Shown: positions 27,541 through 36,002 of the stretch, piece by piece
Position numbering within the stretch: the first letter of the stretch is position 1
Layout: each line of letters starts with the position of its first letter
Source: an uncultured Gammaproteobacteria bacterium
GTDB lineage: Bacteria > Patescibacteriota > Patescibacteriia > SG8-24
NCBI GenBank assembly: GCA_964491475.1
Contig: CAZBFO010000001.1
Location: forward strand, 263,538 to 327,537
Length of the DNA: 64,000 nucleotides
Direction of reading: 5' to 3'
Made by a program: the position numbers and the translations under genes
Notes under the pieces: model-generated
The model's input: only the letters and a program-made list of their open reading frames with translations
The model's database searches: none
Told to the model about the DNA's origin: nothing

Positions 27541-27697
27541 AAATGTTTTCAGCACACCGATGATAACAGGGGGCGGAATAATTATCAAGCCGGCCGCGCG
27601 ACCCTCGCCGGGAGGTAGGAGGCAGCGTCAGTTATCCACAGCAGCACAATTTGACGCTCGGAAGGCGTGGGTGGTAAGACCGCCCACGCTTTTTGCT

Positions 27698-28897
27698 ATG
27701 TCGCTCTCCCCTCTCGAACAGGAACTTGCGCGGCCGGGCGGTCCGTCCATCATTACGGTGGTGGACATGCTGCTCACCGAGGGTTATCGGCGCCGCGCTT
27801 CGGACGTGCACGTGCATCCTGAACGCGGCGGGTTGCGCGTGCGCATGCGAGTCGACGGCGTCCTTTGGGACGCCTTTTGTTTTCCCAGCGCGATGCATGC
27901 GGAGATGATCGCGCGGCTGAAGGTGCTCGCGGGGATGCGCACCGATGAGCATGCCGCGGCGCAGGACGGCCGCATTCGGCGCGTGCTGGAAGACGGCACG
28001 GCGATTGACGTGCGCGTGTCAGTGCTGCCGACGCACTTCGGCGAGAACGCCGTGCTGCGGCTGCTGGACGTGTCTGCAGGGACGACCTCGCTGGCCGACC
28101 TTGGGTTCGGTGATTTCGACCGACGCAGGATGGAGGAAGCGATGACGAGGCCGCACGGCATGGTGCTGGTGACGGGGCCGACCGGCTCCGGAAAGACGAC
28201 CACGCTGCATGCGATGCTGCGGCTGCGCGCCGTGCGGACGGCTTCGCTGGTGACGCTCGAGGACCCGATCGAAAGGGAGCTGGACGGCGTGACGCAGATA
28301 CCGGTTCGCGAACGCAACGGACTGGGTTTCGCCGCGGGATTGCGGGCGGTGCTGCGGCAGGATCCGGACGTCATCATGGTCGGTGAAATCCGCGATGCGG
28401 AAACGGCCAACGTGGCCGTGAACGCGGCGCTGACCGGCCACCTGCTGCTGTCGACCTTGCACACCAATGACGCCGCCTCCGCGGTGATGCGGATGGCGGA
28501 GACGAAAGTAGAGCCGCACCTGCTCGCATCGACGCTGTCGATGGTAGTGGCGCAGCGGCTGGTCCGGCGGACGTGCCAGAACTGCGGCGAGGAACGGATG
28601 CCGAACGACATCGAGGCTCCGGCCCACGCGACGATCGGCCTGCTTCCGAACGAGCGCTGCCGCAAAGGACGGGGTTGCCGTTCGTGCAACGGCAGCGGCT
28701 ACATGGGACGGATTTGCCTGAACGAAACGCTGGCAGTCAGTGACGCGCTTCGAACGGCAATTTCACAAAAAGCGGCGCCGCGCGAAATCGCCGCAATCGC
28801 CATTGCGGAAGGCATGGTACCGATGCGCGAGGACGGCTTGCGGAAGGTTCGCGCCGGCCTGACCACGCCCGAGGAAATCATTCGCATAACCCCCTGA
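27698..28897 (+). CDS. type II secretion / type IV pilus assembly ATPase (GspE/PilB/ComGA family), short form without N1 domain
   Basis: ASDVHVHPE N2 motif, Walker A LVTGPTGSGKTTT, Asp/His boxes, C-terminal tetracysteine CQNCGEE...CRSCNGSG. Start uncertain (27560 or 27698). Confidence 0.85.
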   Translation: MSLSPLEQELARPGGPSIITVVDMLLTEGYRRRASDVHVHPERGGLRVRMRVDGVLWDAFCFPSAMHAEMIARLKVLAGMRTDEHAAAQDGRIRRVLEDGTAIDVRVSVLPTHFGENAVLRLLDVSAGTTSLADLGFGDFDRRRMEEAMTRPHGMVLVTGPTGSGKTTTLHAMLRLRAVRTASLVTLEDPIERELDGVTQIPVRERNGLGFAAGLRAVLRQDPDVIMVGEIRDAETANVAVNAALTGHLLLSTLHTNDAASAVMRMAETKVEPHLLASTLSMVVAQRLVRRTCQNCGEERMPNDIEAPAHATIGLLPNERCRKGRGCRSCNGSGYMGRICLNETLAVSDALRTAISQKAAPREIAAIAIAEGMVPMREDGLRKVRAGLTTPEEIIRITP

Positions 28898-28900
28898 ACC

Positions 28901-29938
28901 ATGCGCCTCCCCATCGTCGACCAGGCATTCTTCGCCCAACGGCTGGCATTCCTCATTGATGGCGGCATGCCGCTGCTCGAAGCGCTGGCCGTGACCGAAC
29001 GGCAGCTGCGTTCAAAAGATGCCAAGCGCGTCGCGGCAACGCTCCACGCGGAAGTGTCACGAGGACGATCGTTGGGCGACGGGATGCAGGCCACCGGCGC
29101 GTTCGGCGGCGCTGCCGTGACGTTGGTGAGCGTCGGGGAGAGGTGCGGAATGCTGGGACGGAACCTGCAACGGCTTGCGGACGAGATGAAGAAAGGCCGT
29201 CGGCTGCGCAGAAAGGTGCTTGGCGCAATGGCTTATCCGTGCATCGTGCTGACGGCAACCTGCGGCATCGTCGTCTACCTGCTGGCCTCGTTGCTGCCGA
29301 AGCTGTTGCCGATGTTCGCCGAGTTGCACGCCGAATTGCCGCCGAGCACGCGGGCAGTCATCGCCTTGTCGGGATTTTTGCGGAGATACGGGGCATGGAT
29401 GGCGGCCGCCGCCGTTACGGTTCTCGGTTGCATTCGGCTTTTGCGACTCCGCCCGCAAATGCGGCAACGATGCGAGCTGGCGCTGCTGCGCGTGCCGGCC
29501 ATCGGTCCCCTGCTCCGTGACCTGCAACTGGCCCGATTGGGCAGGTCCGTCGGGACGATGCTTTCAGGCGGACTCTCGCTGCGTGACGCCTGCGCCCTTG
29601 CGGCCGACCCGGGTGCGGGCGCGTACGACGCGCAGCTGCTGGCGATGGCCGAGGCCGTCAACGAGGGACGTTCCTTGTCCTCTCACCTGGCGACGCAGCC
29701 GAAGCTCTTCCCCGAAGCGTTTACGCAGTTGGTCGCGTCCGGAGAAGAGAGCGGCAAGCTGCCCGAAGCGTTCCTGTACCTGGCCGACCACTACGAGCGC
29801 GAGATTGACGAGTCTGCGGCCGGATTGTCCGCGACGCTGGAACCGGCGCTGATGCTGCTTACCGGCGCCGCGGTCGGATTCATCGCCATTGCCGTCATCT
29901 CGCCGATGTATTCCCTGACCCAATCGCTGCATGCGTGA
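28901..29938 (+). CDS. type II secretion / type IV pilus platform protein (GspF/PilC/ComGB family)
   Basis: 345 aa, T2SSF-like repeats with 3 TM segments, directly after the ATPase. Confidence 0.8.
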   Translation: MRLPIVDQAFFAQRLAFLIDGGMPLLEALAVTERQLRSKDAKRVAATLHAEVSRGRSLGDGMQATGAFGGAAVTLVSVGERCGMLGRNLQRLADEMKKGRRLRRKVLGAMAYPCIVLTATCGIVVYLLASLLPKLLPMFAELHAELPPSTRAVIALSGFLRRYGAWMAAAAVTVLGCIRLLRLRPQMRQRCELALLRVPAIGPLLRDLQLARLGRSVGTMLSGGLSLRDACALAADPGAGAYDAQLLAMAEAVNEGRSLSSHLATQPKLFPEAFTQLVASGEESGKLPEAFLYLADHYEREIDESAAGLSATLEPALMLLTGAAVGFIAIAVISPMYSLTQSLHA

Positions 29939-31409
29939 TGCCGGCTTCGCTTCGATCGAAATCCTGCTGACGATGACGCTGATCGGCGTCGCCTTCACGG
30001 GCGCGTTGCTTACGGAACAAGGCATGGCACGTTGGCTGCGCTCGACGCGCGAATCGATCGATGACCTCGCCGTCGCGGCCTCGGCAGCCGAAGCGGCGAA
30101 GGCCGACGGGGAACGCGATTTCTTTCATCTGGTCTCGGCGTTCGCGCCGGACCGACCGGACTGCGCTGCACAGGACTCCTGCTCGGGCGTGCGCAGGGTC
30201 GTCACGGACGCATCGGCCTGCACGAAGGGAGTCGAAACGCGCGCGGTACGGCAAAATTTTGACCGACCCGCGCGGGAAACCGCACTTCCGGCAATCGTGA
30301 CGGACGCGGCAGAGATGGCGGCCCTCGGCGACGACTGCTCCACGGCCTTTCCTGCCGGAAACTGGTCCGCGCCAGCCGTTGCAGGGACGGCCGTGACGGG
30401 ACCCGGAAATGCCACGGGCATCGACGCCTACCAAGGCAAGGCCTATGTGACCTTCGACGCACCGCCGTATTTGCGGATTTTTGCGAACGGCTCCGAGAGA
30501 GCGTACTCGAACGGTTTTGTCGGCGGAGGTCCCTTTAACGCCGTCGACGTCGCGCGTGATCCCGTGACCGGTCGCGTCTACGCGTATGCGGCCGCCGTCT
30601 CGCCGCAGCTGCAAATCATCGACGTGACGGATGCAGACGCGCCGAAGACCGTATCAAGCGCTCCGCTTGCGGGCGTGTCGCTCAAGGGCGCACAGGCGCA
30701 AGGATGGCGGGTGCGCGTGTACGGAGGAGTGGCGTACATGACGGCGCGCTACATGATTTCTTCGAATCCGGAGCTGCATCTGTTCGACGTGCGCGACCCC
30801 GCAAGCCCGCGCGAGCGCGGCACGGGTCGCAAGACCGGCACGTCGGCATACGACATCTTGCTGCACGAACAATCCGTACCCAGCTTGGACGGCGCCCGCC
30901 GACGACTGGCCTATTTCGCGACGACCGCGCCGGGCGGCGAGCTGCAAGTGCTCGACGTCACCGACCCCGAGAGGATGACGCCATTGGCAACGTGCGACCT
31001 GCCGGGCGCGTATCAGGCCACGGCTTTGGCATTGCTCGGCACCACGCTGTACGTGGGGCGCGACAACGTGCCAGGTGGAGGCGAGGACCTGTATGCCTTC
31101 GACGCCTCGGACCCGGCCTCGGCGGCATTTTGCGTCCCGATCGCAAAGACGGACATCGGTACGGACGGTTACAGCCGGCACGTGCAGGCGCTCCGTGCTG
31201 CCGGGAAGTACCTTTTCGTGGCCACCAACAACACCACCAACGCGCACGGACAGATGCAAGTGCGCAGCGCCGATCCTGCCACCGGTCTTTCGCTGCTGGG
31301 AACGTACTCGCTGCCGGGCATGACCGAAAACGGGTCGGACCTGGAGGGCGGCTTTCTGTATGCCGCCGCCGCAACGGCACCGCAACTCACCGTAATCACC
31401 GGCTCATGA
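29931..31409 (+). CDS. large minor pseudopilin fused to an LVIVD-repeat beta-propeller
   Basis: Prepilin N-terminus MRDAGFASIEILLTMTLIG (E+5 present). Repeated LQIIDVTDADAP / LHLFDVRDPASP / LQVLDVTDPERM / LYAFDASDPASA motifs spaced about 40-50 aa. Confidence 0.7.
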   Translation: MRDAGFASIEILLTMTLIGVAFTGALLTEQGMARWLRSTRESIDDLAVAASAAEAAKADGERDFFHLVSAFAPDRPDCAAQDSCSGVRRVVTDASACTKGVETRAVRQNFDRPARETALPAIVTDAAEMAALGDDCSTAFPAGNWSAPAVAGTAVTGPGNATGIDAYQGKAYVTFDAPPYLRIFANGSERAYSNGFVGGGPFNAVDVARDPVTGRVYAYAAAVSPQLQIIDVTDADAPKTVSSAPLAGVSLKGAQAQGWRVRVYGGVAYMTARYMISSNPELHLFDVRDPASPRERGTGRKTGTSAYDILLHEQSVPSLDGARRRLAYFATTAPGGELQVLDVTDPERMTPLATCDLPGAYQATALALLGTTLYVGRDNVPGGGEDLYAFDASDPASAAFCVPIAKTDIGTDGYSRHVQALRAAGKYLFVATNNTTNAHGQMQVRSADPATGLSLLGTYSLPGMTENGSDLEGGFLYAAAATAPQLTVITGS

Positions 31410-31909
31410 ACCAGCGTGGCTTTACCCTCATCGAAAGCATCGTGTACCTGGCGCTGGCGGGCGTGCTGCTGGGCGCGCTCTTGCCGACGGCGTACGGGCT
31501 GGCCTCGGCCATGCAGCATGACAAGAAGGCCGCCGAGGCCCTCGACGAGGCGCTGCTCGTCGACCGGCGGCTGCATTGGGCGTTGGCAGATGCGGCGGAA
31601 GTGTCGGTGCCGTCGCCGCAACGACTCGATGTAACCGAAACGGACGGCGGCTTCGTTCATTTTGCAGTCGCCGATTCGAAGCTGACCGTGGCGGAAAACG
31701 AGGCATCGCCGGCGACCGCCCTTAACGTCGGCATGCCGATATCTGCGGTTTCATTCTCCTTACGGCCATTTTCGACGCCTGCGGATCGAACTGCGGTCGC
31801 GGTCCCCGAAAACCTGACGGTCGATTTCACGCTTGGTGACGCGCCGTTCACCTTTCATTATCCGCTGCCAAAACGCGGCAGCCTCCCGACCGCATGCTTT
31901 TCCCGATGA
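31406..31909 (+). CDS. minor pseudopilin
   Basis: MNQRGFTLIESIVYLALAG prepilin motif; ATGA overlap with the preceding gene. Embedded in an alternative-frame track ORF, which I reject. Confidence 0.7.
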   Translation: MNQRGFTLIESIVYLALAGVLLGALLPTAYGLASAMQHDKKAAEALDEALLVDRRLHWALADAAEVSVPSPQRLDVTETDGGFVHFAVADSKLTVAENEASPATALNVGMPISAVSFSLRPFSTPADRTAVAVPENLTVDFTLGDAPFTFHYPLPKRGSLPTACFSR

Positions 31910-32355
31910 CCCGCGCTCACGGATCGACAGATGAACGCGGATTCGCCCTGCTGGTAACGGTCATTCTCACGGCCGCGCTGCTGGCGAGCGCGGGCGTCGC
32001 CGCCAGCGTGGCGACCTCCCGCGCCTCGGCGCAATCGTCCCTGATGCTGTGGCGTTCGCAGGCGCGGTCGCTGGCCGACGGCTGCGCGGAGGCGGCCGCC
32101 GCACGACTGCTTGGCAACCCGGCATACGATGGCGGAGAGGAAGTGATCCTGCCGACGGGTTCCTGTCGCGTCACGTCCGTCAGGCATGACGACCCGTCGC
32201 CGGGTACGACCGCCGTTGAAGCCACGGGCAAAACGCACGGAGCATCCGCGTCGGTGACCGTCATCGGAGAATCTCGCGCGCGTTGCCTTTCTTCGTCCCC
32301 CGCCCCGTTCGGGATGAGATTGCGTTCTTGGATTGAAGTCCCCGCGCATGAGTGA
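31906..32355 (+). CDS. minor pseudopilin (GspK/ComGG-like, lacks E+5)
   Basis: MTRAHGSTDERGFALLVTVILTAALLA; ATGA overlap with the preceding gene. Confidence 0.65.
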   Translation: MTRAHGSTDERGFALLVTVILTAALLASAGVAASVATSRASAQSSLMLWRSQARSLADGCAEAAAARLLGNPAYDGGEEVILPTGSCRVTSVRHDDPSPGTTAVEATGKTHGASASVTVIGESRARCLSSSPAPFGMRLRSWIEVPAHE

Positions 32356-32457
32356 CTGCCTCGTCACCATCGCCGCCTTGCACCGTCGCGTCCGCGGCCC
32401 GCCGCCGTCCGCGCGAGTCGCATGCTTCGTCTCATTACTCATGCTCACCTTTTTCCC

Positions 32458-32970
32458 ATGCGCCACGTCCTCCGCCACCGCCGCCCATCTGCAAACAAGG
32501 GATTCACGCTGATCGAAATGCTGGTCGTAATGGGCATCATCGCCGCGCTGGCCGGCATGGTGATCACGGCGGTCAATCCCGCCAAGCAGTTCGCTCAAGC
32601 TCGCAATGCCGAGCGCCAGTCTGGCGTCACGGCGATTCTGAACGCCATCGGCCAGCGCATGGCCGACAACAAGGGCACTTTCGCCGGGACTTTCAGCGTC
32701 GGTGGCACCGGCTATACCTGCCCGACGCTGCCGAACAGCGCCGCCGCAATCGCGGCACAGGGCGGCGCGGACCTGTCGTGTCTCACGCCCACGTACCTGT
32801 CTTCGCAGATTCCCGTCGATCCGAACGGCGGAACCTGGACCGGACCTCTCGCCTACGCCAGCGGCTACACCGTCGCGGCCGACGCGCTCGGCCGAGTGAC
32901 GATCTGCGCGCCGAACGCCGCAACCGAGACCGCAGTACCAGGTGCGACACCGATCTGCCAAACGCGTTAG
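32458..32970 (+). CDS. type IV major pilin / pseudopilin (ComGC-like)
   Basis: Leader MRHVLRHRRPSANKG then FTLIEMLVVMGIIAALAGMV; Cys pair near C-terminus. Start could also be 32422. Confidence 0.75.
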   Translation: MRHVLRHRRPSANKGFTLIEMLVVMGIIAALAGMVITAVNPAKQFAQARNAERQSGVTAILNAIGQRMADNKGTFAGTFSVGGTGYTCPTLPNSAAAIAAQGGADLSCLTPTYLSSQIPVDPNGGTWTGPLAYASGYTVAADALGRVTICAPNAATETAVPGATPICQTR

Positions 32971-33016
32971 CCGGCGAACGGTCCGCCCAGAGCCCGCCGC
33001 GGCCCGACAATGCAAA

Positions 33017-33049
33017 GACCGCCTCGGCATGCCGAGGCGGTCGTTTTTT
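33017..33049 (+). terminator. rho-independent terminator after the pilin operon
   Basis: gaccgcctcggc-at-gccgaggcggtc hairpin plus TTTTTT. Confidence 0.6.
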
Positions 33050-33056
33050 CACGTCA

Positions 33057-34871
33057 TCACCCCACCACTTTCCCTCCAAAGGCCTCCAGCACGTTCCCGC
33101 TGAACGTCGGTTCTTTCGCAGCGGACGCGCCGGCCGGAGCAAAGTTCTCCTCTTGCCCGATGCCGGACTTGGTTTCGAGCAGCACGCCCTCCACGCGCAC
33201 GGTCTTGCCGAGCACGTCGCACAGGACTTCCTCGACCAGGCGGCGGTTCTTGTCGTGGTTGAGCTTGTCACGGTGAAAGGCGAAGTCGAAACCCACGCGC
33301 ACCACCGTGCCGACCACCTCCGTGACCGTGCCCAGCGCCAGCACGTACAGGAGCGCCGCGCTTTTCTCGCCCGACTTCTCCATGAACGGCTTCCAGATGG
33401 ATTTGACGTGCTCGACGGTGGTCACCGGTGCGCCTGTACCGCGATCGACTGCCAGGGCGGCGGCTTCCGCAGATTCGTCGACGATGGGATTCAAGATGGG
33501 CGCCTCGACGGTAGCCTCGAGCGCGGCGGCGACCGCGGCGGCTTGCGCGGCCGCGTCGGCTGACGGCGCTTCCACGGGAACCGACGGTTCGGCTGCCGCA
33601 GAAGCCTCGGCCAGCACGGTGGCCACCGTGACCTTGGCGGCAGGTTCGGCGTTCTTTTTGGGAACCGCTGCCGCAGACGGAGTCTGCTTCGGTGCGGGGC
33701 CGCTCGACGACGCTCCCCCGGCAGGACGTTGCGGCGCGCTGGGCGCGATGGCCGGCGCGGACGTGCTCACCTTGGTGAGCTGCTCGCAGATGCGCACCAC
33801 GGCCAGCTCCAATGGCAGCTGTGCCGGGTGCGCGGATTTTATCTCGCGGCGCTTTTCCATCAGCGTCTCGATGGCGAAGACCAGTTCGGCGGTGCCGGCC
33901 AGCATGGCCCAGCCCTCCAGCTGCTTCTTGGACTGCTCGTCCATCTCGGCCGAGAATACGTCGGGGTTGCCGCTCATCTTGGCCAGCATGGTTTTGCGCA
34001 GCAGTTCGATGGCGTCGGTGGCGAACTGGTCCAAGTCGGTGCCGCCCTCCATGCAATCGCCGACGATCATGACGGCCGAGCGGGCGTCGTGGTGCAGCAA
34101 GGCGTCCACGAAGTTGGCCAGCGCCTGCGCGTCGGAACGCGGCAGCACCACCAAGGCTTCGTCGTAGGTGACGCGCTTGCCGTCGCCCATGGTCAGCACC
34201 TTGCCGAGCAGGCTTTCGGCGTCACGGAGCGACCCGTCGGCGTGACGGGCGATGTCTTCGAGCGTGCGGCGGTCCACCTTGACCTTTTCCTTTTCTGCCA
34301 AACGGTGCAGGCGGTCGACCAGGTCGTTGAACGGGATCTTGCGGAAGTCGAAACGCTGGCAGCGCGAGAGGATGGTCTGCGGCACCTTGTGCAGTTCGGT
34401 GGTGGCCAGGATGAACACCACGTGCGCCGGCGGCTCTTCCAACGTCTTGAGCAAGGCGTTGAAGGCCTCGGTGGTCAGCATGTGGACTTCGTCGATGATG
34501 AAGACCTTGTAGGCCAGCCGCGCGGGCGAAAAGCGGGCGTTCTCGATGATGTTCTCGCGGACGGCGTCGATGCCGCGGTGCGAGGCGGCGTCGATCTCGA
34601 TGACGTCGAGCGAGCGGCCTTCCAAAATGGACTGGCAGCTTTCGCACTCGCCGCACGGTTCGCCGGCGGAGGTGTCGCGCTTTTCGCAGTTCACGGCGCG
34701 GCTGAAGATGCGGGCGGTGGTGGTCTTGCCGACGCCGCGCGGGCCGGAAAACAGGTAGGCGTGGGCGATTTTCTTGCTGGCAATCTCAAAGGCCAGCGTG
34801 ACCTTCACGTGGTTCTGGCCGGAGACTTCGGCCCAGGCCTGCGGGCGGTATTTTCGGTACAGGGTCGCCAT
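33057..34871 (-). CDS. dnaX: DNA polymerase III subunit gamma/tau
   Basis: LFSGPRGVGKTT P-loop, Zn-finger CxxCxxC (CGECESC), DEVHML box, Pro/Ala-rich linker and C-terminal tau-like region. Start at the MATLYRKYRP Met. Confidence 0.9.
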   Translation of the reverse strand: MATLYRKYRPQAWAEVSGQNHVKVTLAFEIASKKIAHAYLFSGPRGVGKTTTARIFSRAVNCEKRDTSAGEPCGECESCQSILEGRSLDVIEIDAASHRGIDAVRENIIENARFSPARLAYKVFIIDEVHMLTTEAFNALLKTLEEPPAHVVFILATTELHKVPQTILSRCQRFDFRKIPFNDLVDRLHRLAEKEKVKVDRRTLEDIARHADGSLRDAESLLGKVLTMGDGKRVTYDEALVVLPRSDAQALANFVDALLHHDARSAVMIVGDCMEGGTDLDQFATDAIELLRKTMLAKMSGNPDVFSAEMDEQSKKQLEGWAMLAGTAELVFAIETLMEKRREIKSAHPAQLPLELAVVRICEQLTKVSTSAPAIAPSAPQRPAGGASSSGPAPKQTPSAAAVPKKNAEPAAKVTVATVLAEASAAAEPSVPVEAPSADAAAQAAAVAAALEATVEAPILNPIVDESAEAAALAVDRGTGAPVTTVEHVKSIWKPFMEKSGEKSAALLYVLALGTVTEVVGTVVRVGFDFAFHRDKLNHDKNRRLVEEVLCDVLGKTVRVEGVLLETKSGIGQEENFAPAGASAAKEPTFSGNVLEAFGGKVVG

Positions 34872-35052
34872 GCTGCTAGTGTGCCATTTTTTGAGAGGCT
34901 TACCAATCGTCAAAAGGCCGACAAACCGGACTTTTGCACCGGGACGTTCATCCCCTTTTCGTCCCCAAACCGGGCAGGCAAAAGTCGTCAAATCGGGACG
35001 AGAAACGGAACGAAAAACCGCCTCGGACGCGCCGGGCGGTTTCGCGGTCCTA

Positions 35053-35937
35053 CTAGATGACCGGACTCTGCTTGATGATGTTCTCGACCGCTGCCCAGCG
35101 GGACGGCGCGTTCTTGGGGACCAGCAGGATGACTTCGTCTTCCGGCTCGCCCTTGAAGTAGGTGACGCTGGCCTTGATGATGGTCCAGCGGCGGCTGTCC
35201 TGGGTGGCGTAGTATTCGCCGTTGGTGGCGTCGAAGCCGAGCGTGGCCACCACGCGGGTGCGCTCGATGGGGCCGATCTGCTTGTAGATGAACGATCCCT
35301 TGGTGGTGATGGTCAGCTTGAGCAGGTCGCCTTCGACCAGCTTGGACTTGGAAGCGTAGTTCGGCGGCACGGTGTAGATCTTGCCGTCGGAACCGACCAT
35401 GCTCTGGCCGTCGAAGACGCCCTCGATGACGCGGCCGTCCACCTGGCGGATGCCGTTCAGTTCGGCTTCGCGGGCCATGGCCGGGTCGACCGACTCGGCG
35501 GTGGCGGTGAAAGTCGACGTGGCGCCGGCCGGGGCGTCATCCTCGAGCAGGCGGATGATGTTGGCGATGTTGGTCTCCATGGCGCGCAGCGCCTTGGCGA
35601 TGATGCGCACCTTGTTGGCATGGATGGCGGCAGCGTCCTGCGCGGGAGCCTTTTCTGCACCTTCGGCCGCAGTGTCGGGCCGCGCAGCGACGACGGGCAA
35701 CGCGATGGCGGCGGTTTCCATGCCCGGTGCGACGGACTCGCTTGGCCAGACCGAAGCGGTCGGGGCGGCGGCCTGTTCGGCAGCCGCCGGTGCCGGCGAG
35801 GCTGCCGGAGCGTCAGCGGGCGGTTCCTGCACCGTCGTTTCGGAAGACTTATGACGCAAGGAGTAAAGGAAATCGGTCATCGGCGTCGAGGACTGGTCGT
35901 CCATAGTGGCGATTTTTATGTTTATTACGTCGGCCAT
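35053..35937 (-). CDS. hypothetical protein (Ala/Pro-rich N-terminal half, conserved-looking C-terminal domain)
   Basis: 294-aa ORF upstream of dnaX on the same strand; no motif recognised. Confidence 0.5.
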   Translation of the reverse strand: MADVINIKIATMDDQSSTPMTDFLYSLRHKSSETTVQEPPADAPAASPAPAAAEQAAAPTASVWPSESVAPGMETAAIALPVVAARPDTAAEGAEKAPAQDAAAIHANKVRIIAKALRAMETNIANIIRLLEDDAPAGATSTFTATAESVDPAMAREAELNGIRQVDGRVIEGVFDGQSMVGSDGKIYTVPPNYASKSKLVEGDLLKLTITTKGSFIYKQIGPIERTRVVATLGFDATNGEYYATQDSRRWTIIKASVTYFKGEPEDEVILLVPKNAPSRWAAVENIIKQSPVI

Positions 35938-36002
35938 TCGGCCGGATTAACGCTGGTACCGTAGCACCGCGGTTTTTGAGGGTCAATGGCCCTGCGCGGA
36001 CG

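Noticed and set aside
27268-27700. Looked for an integrase, phage genes or direct repeat of the tRNA 3' end flanking tRNA-Gln (integration hotspot)
   Set aside because: No integrase-like ORF or tRNA-fragment repeat is visible on either side; neighbours are a DHFR-like gene and the pilus operon.
30704-31909. 401-aa plus-strand ORF spanning the LVIVD pseudopilin
   Set aside because: An alternative frame through most of 29931-31409. Only its last 504 nt (from the MNQRGFTLIES Met at 31406) are taken as a real pseudopilin gene.
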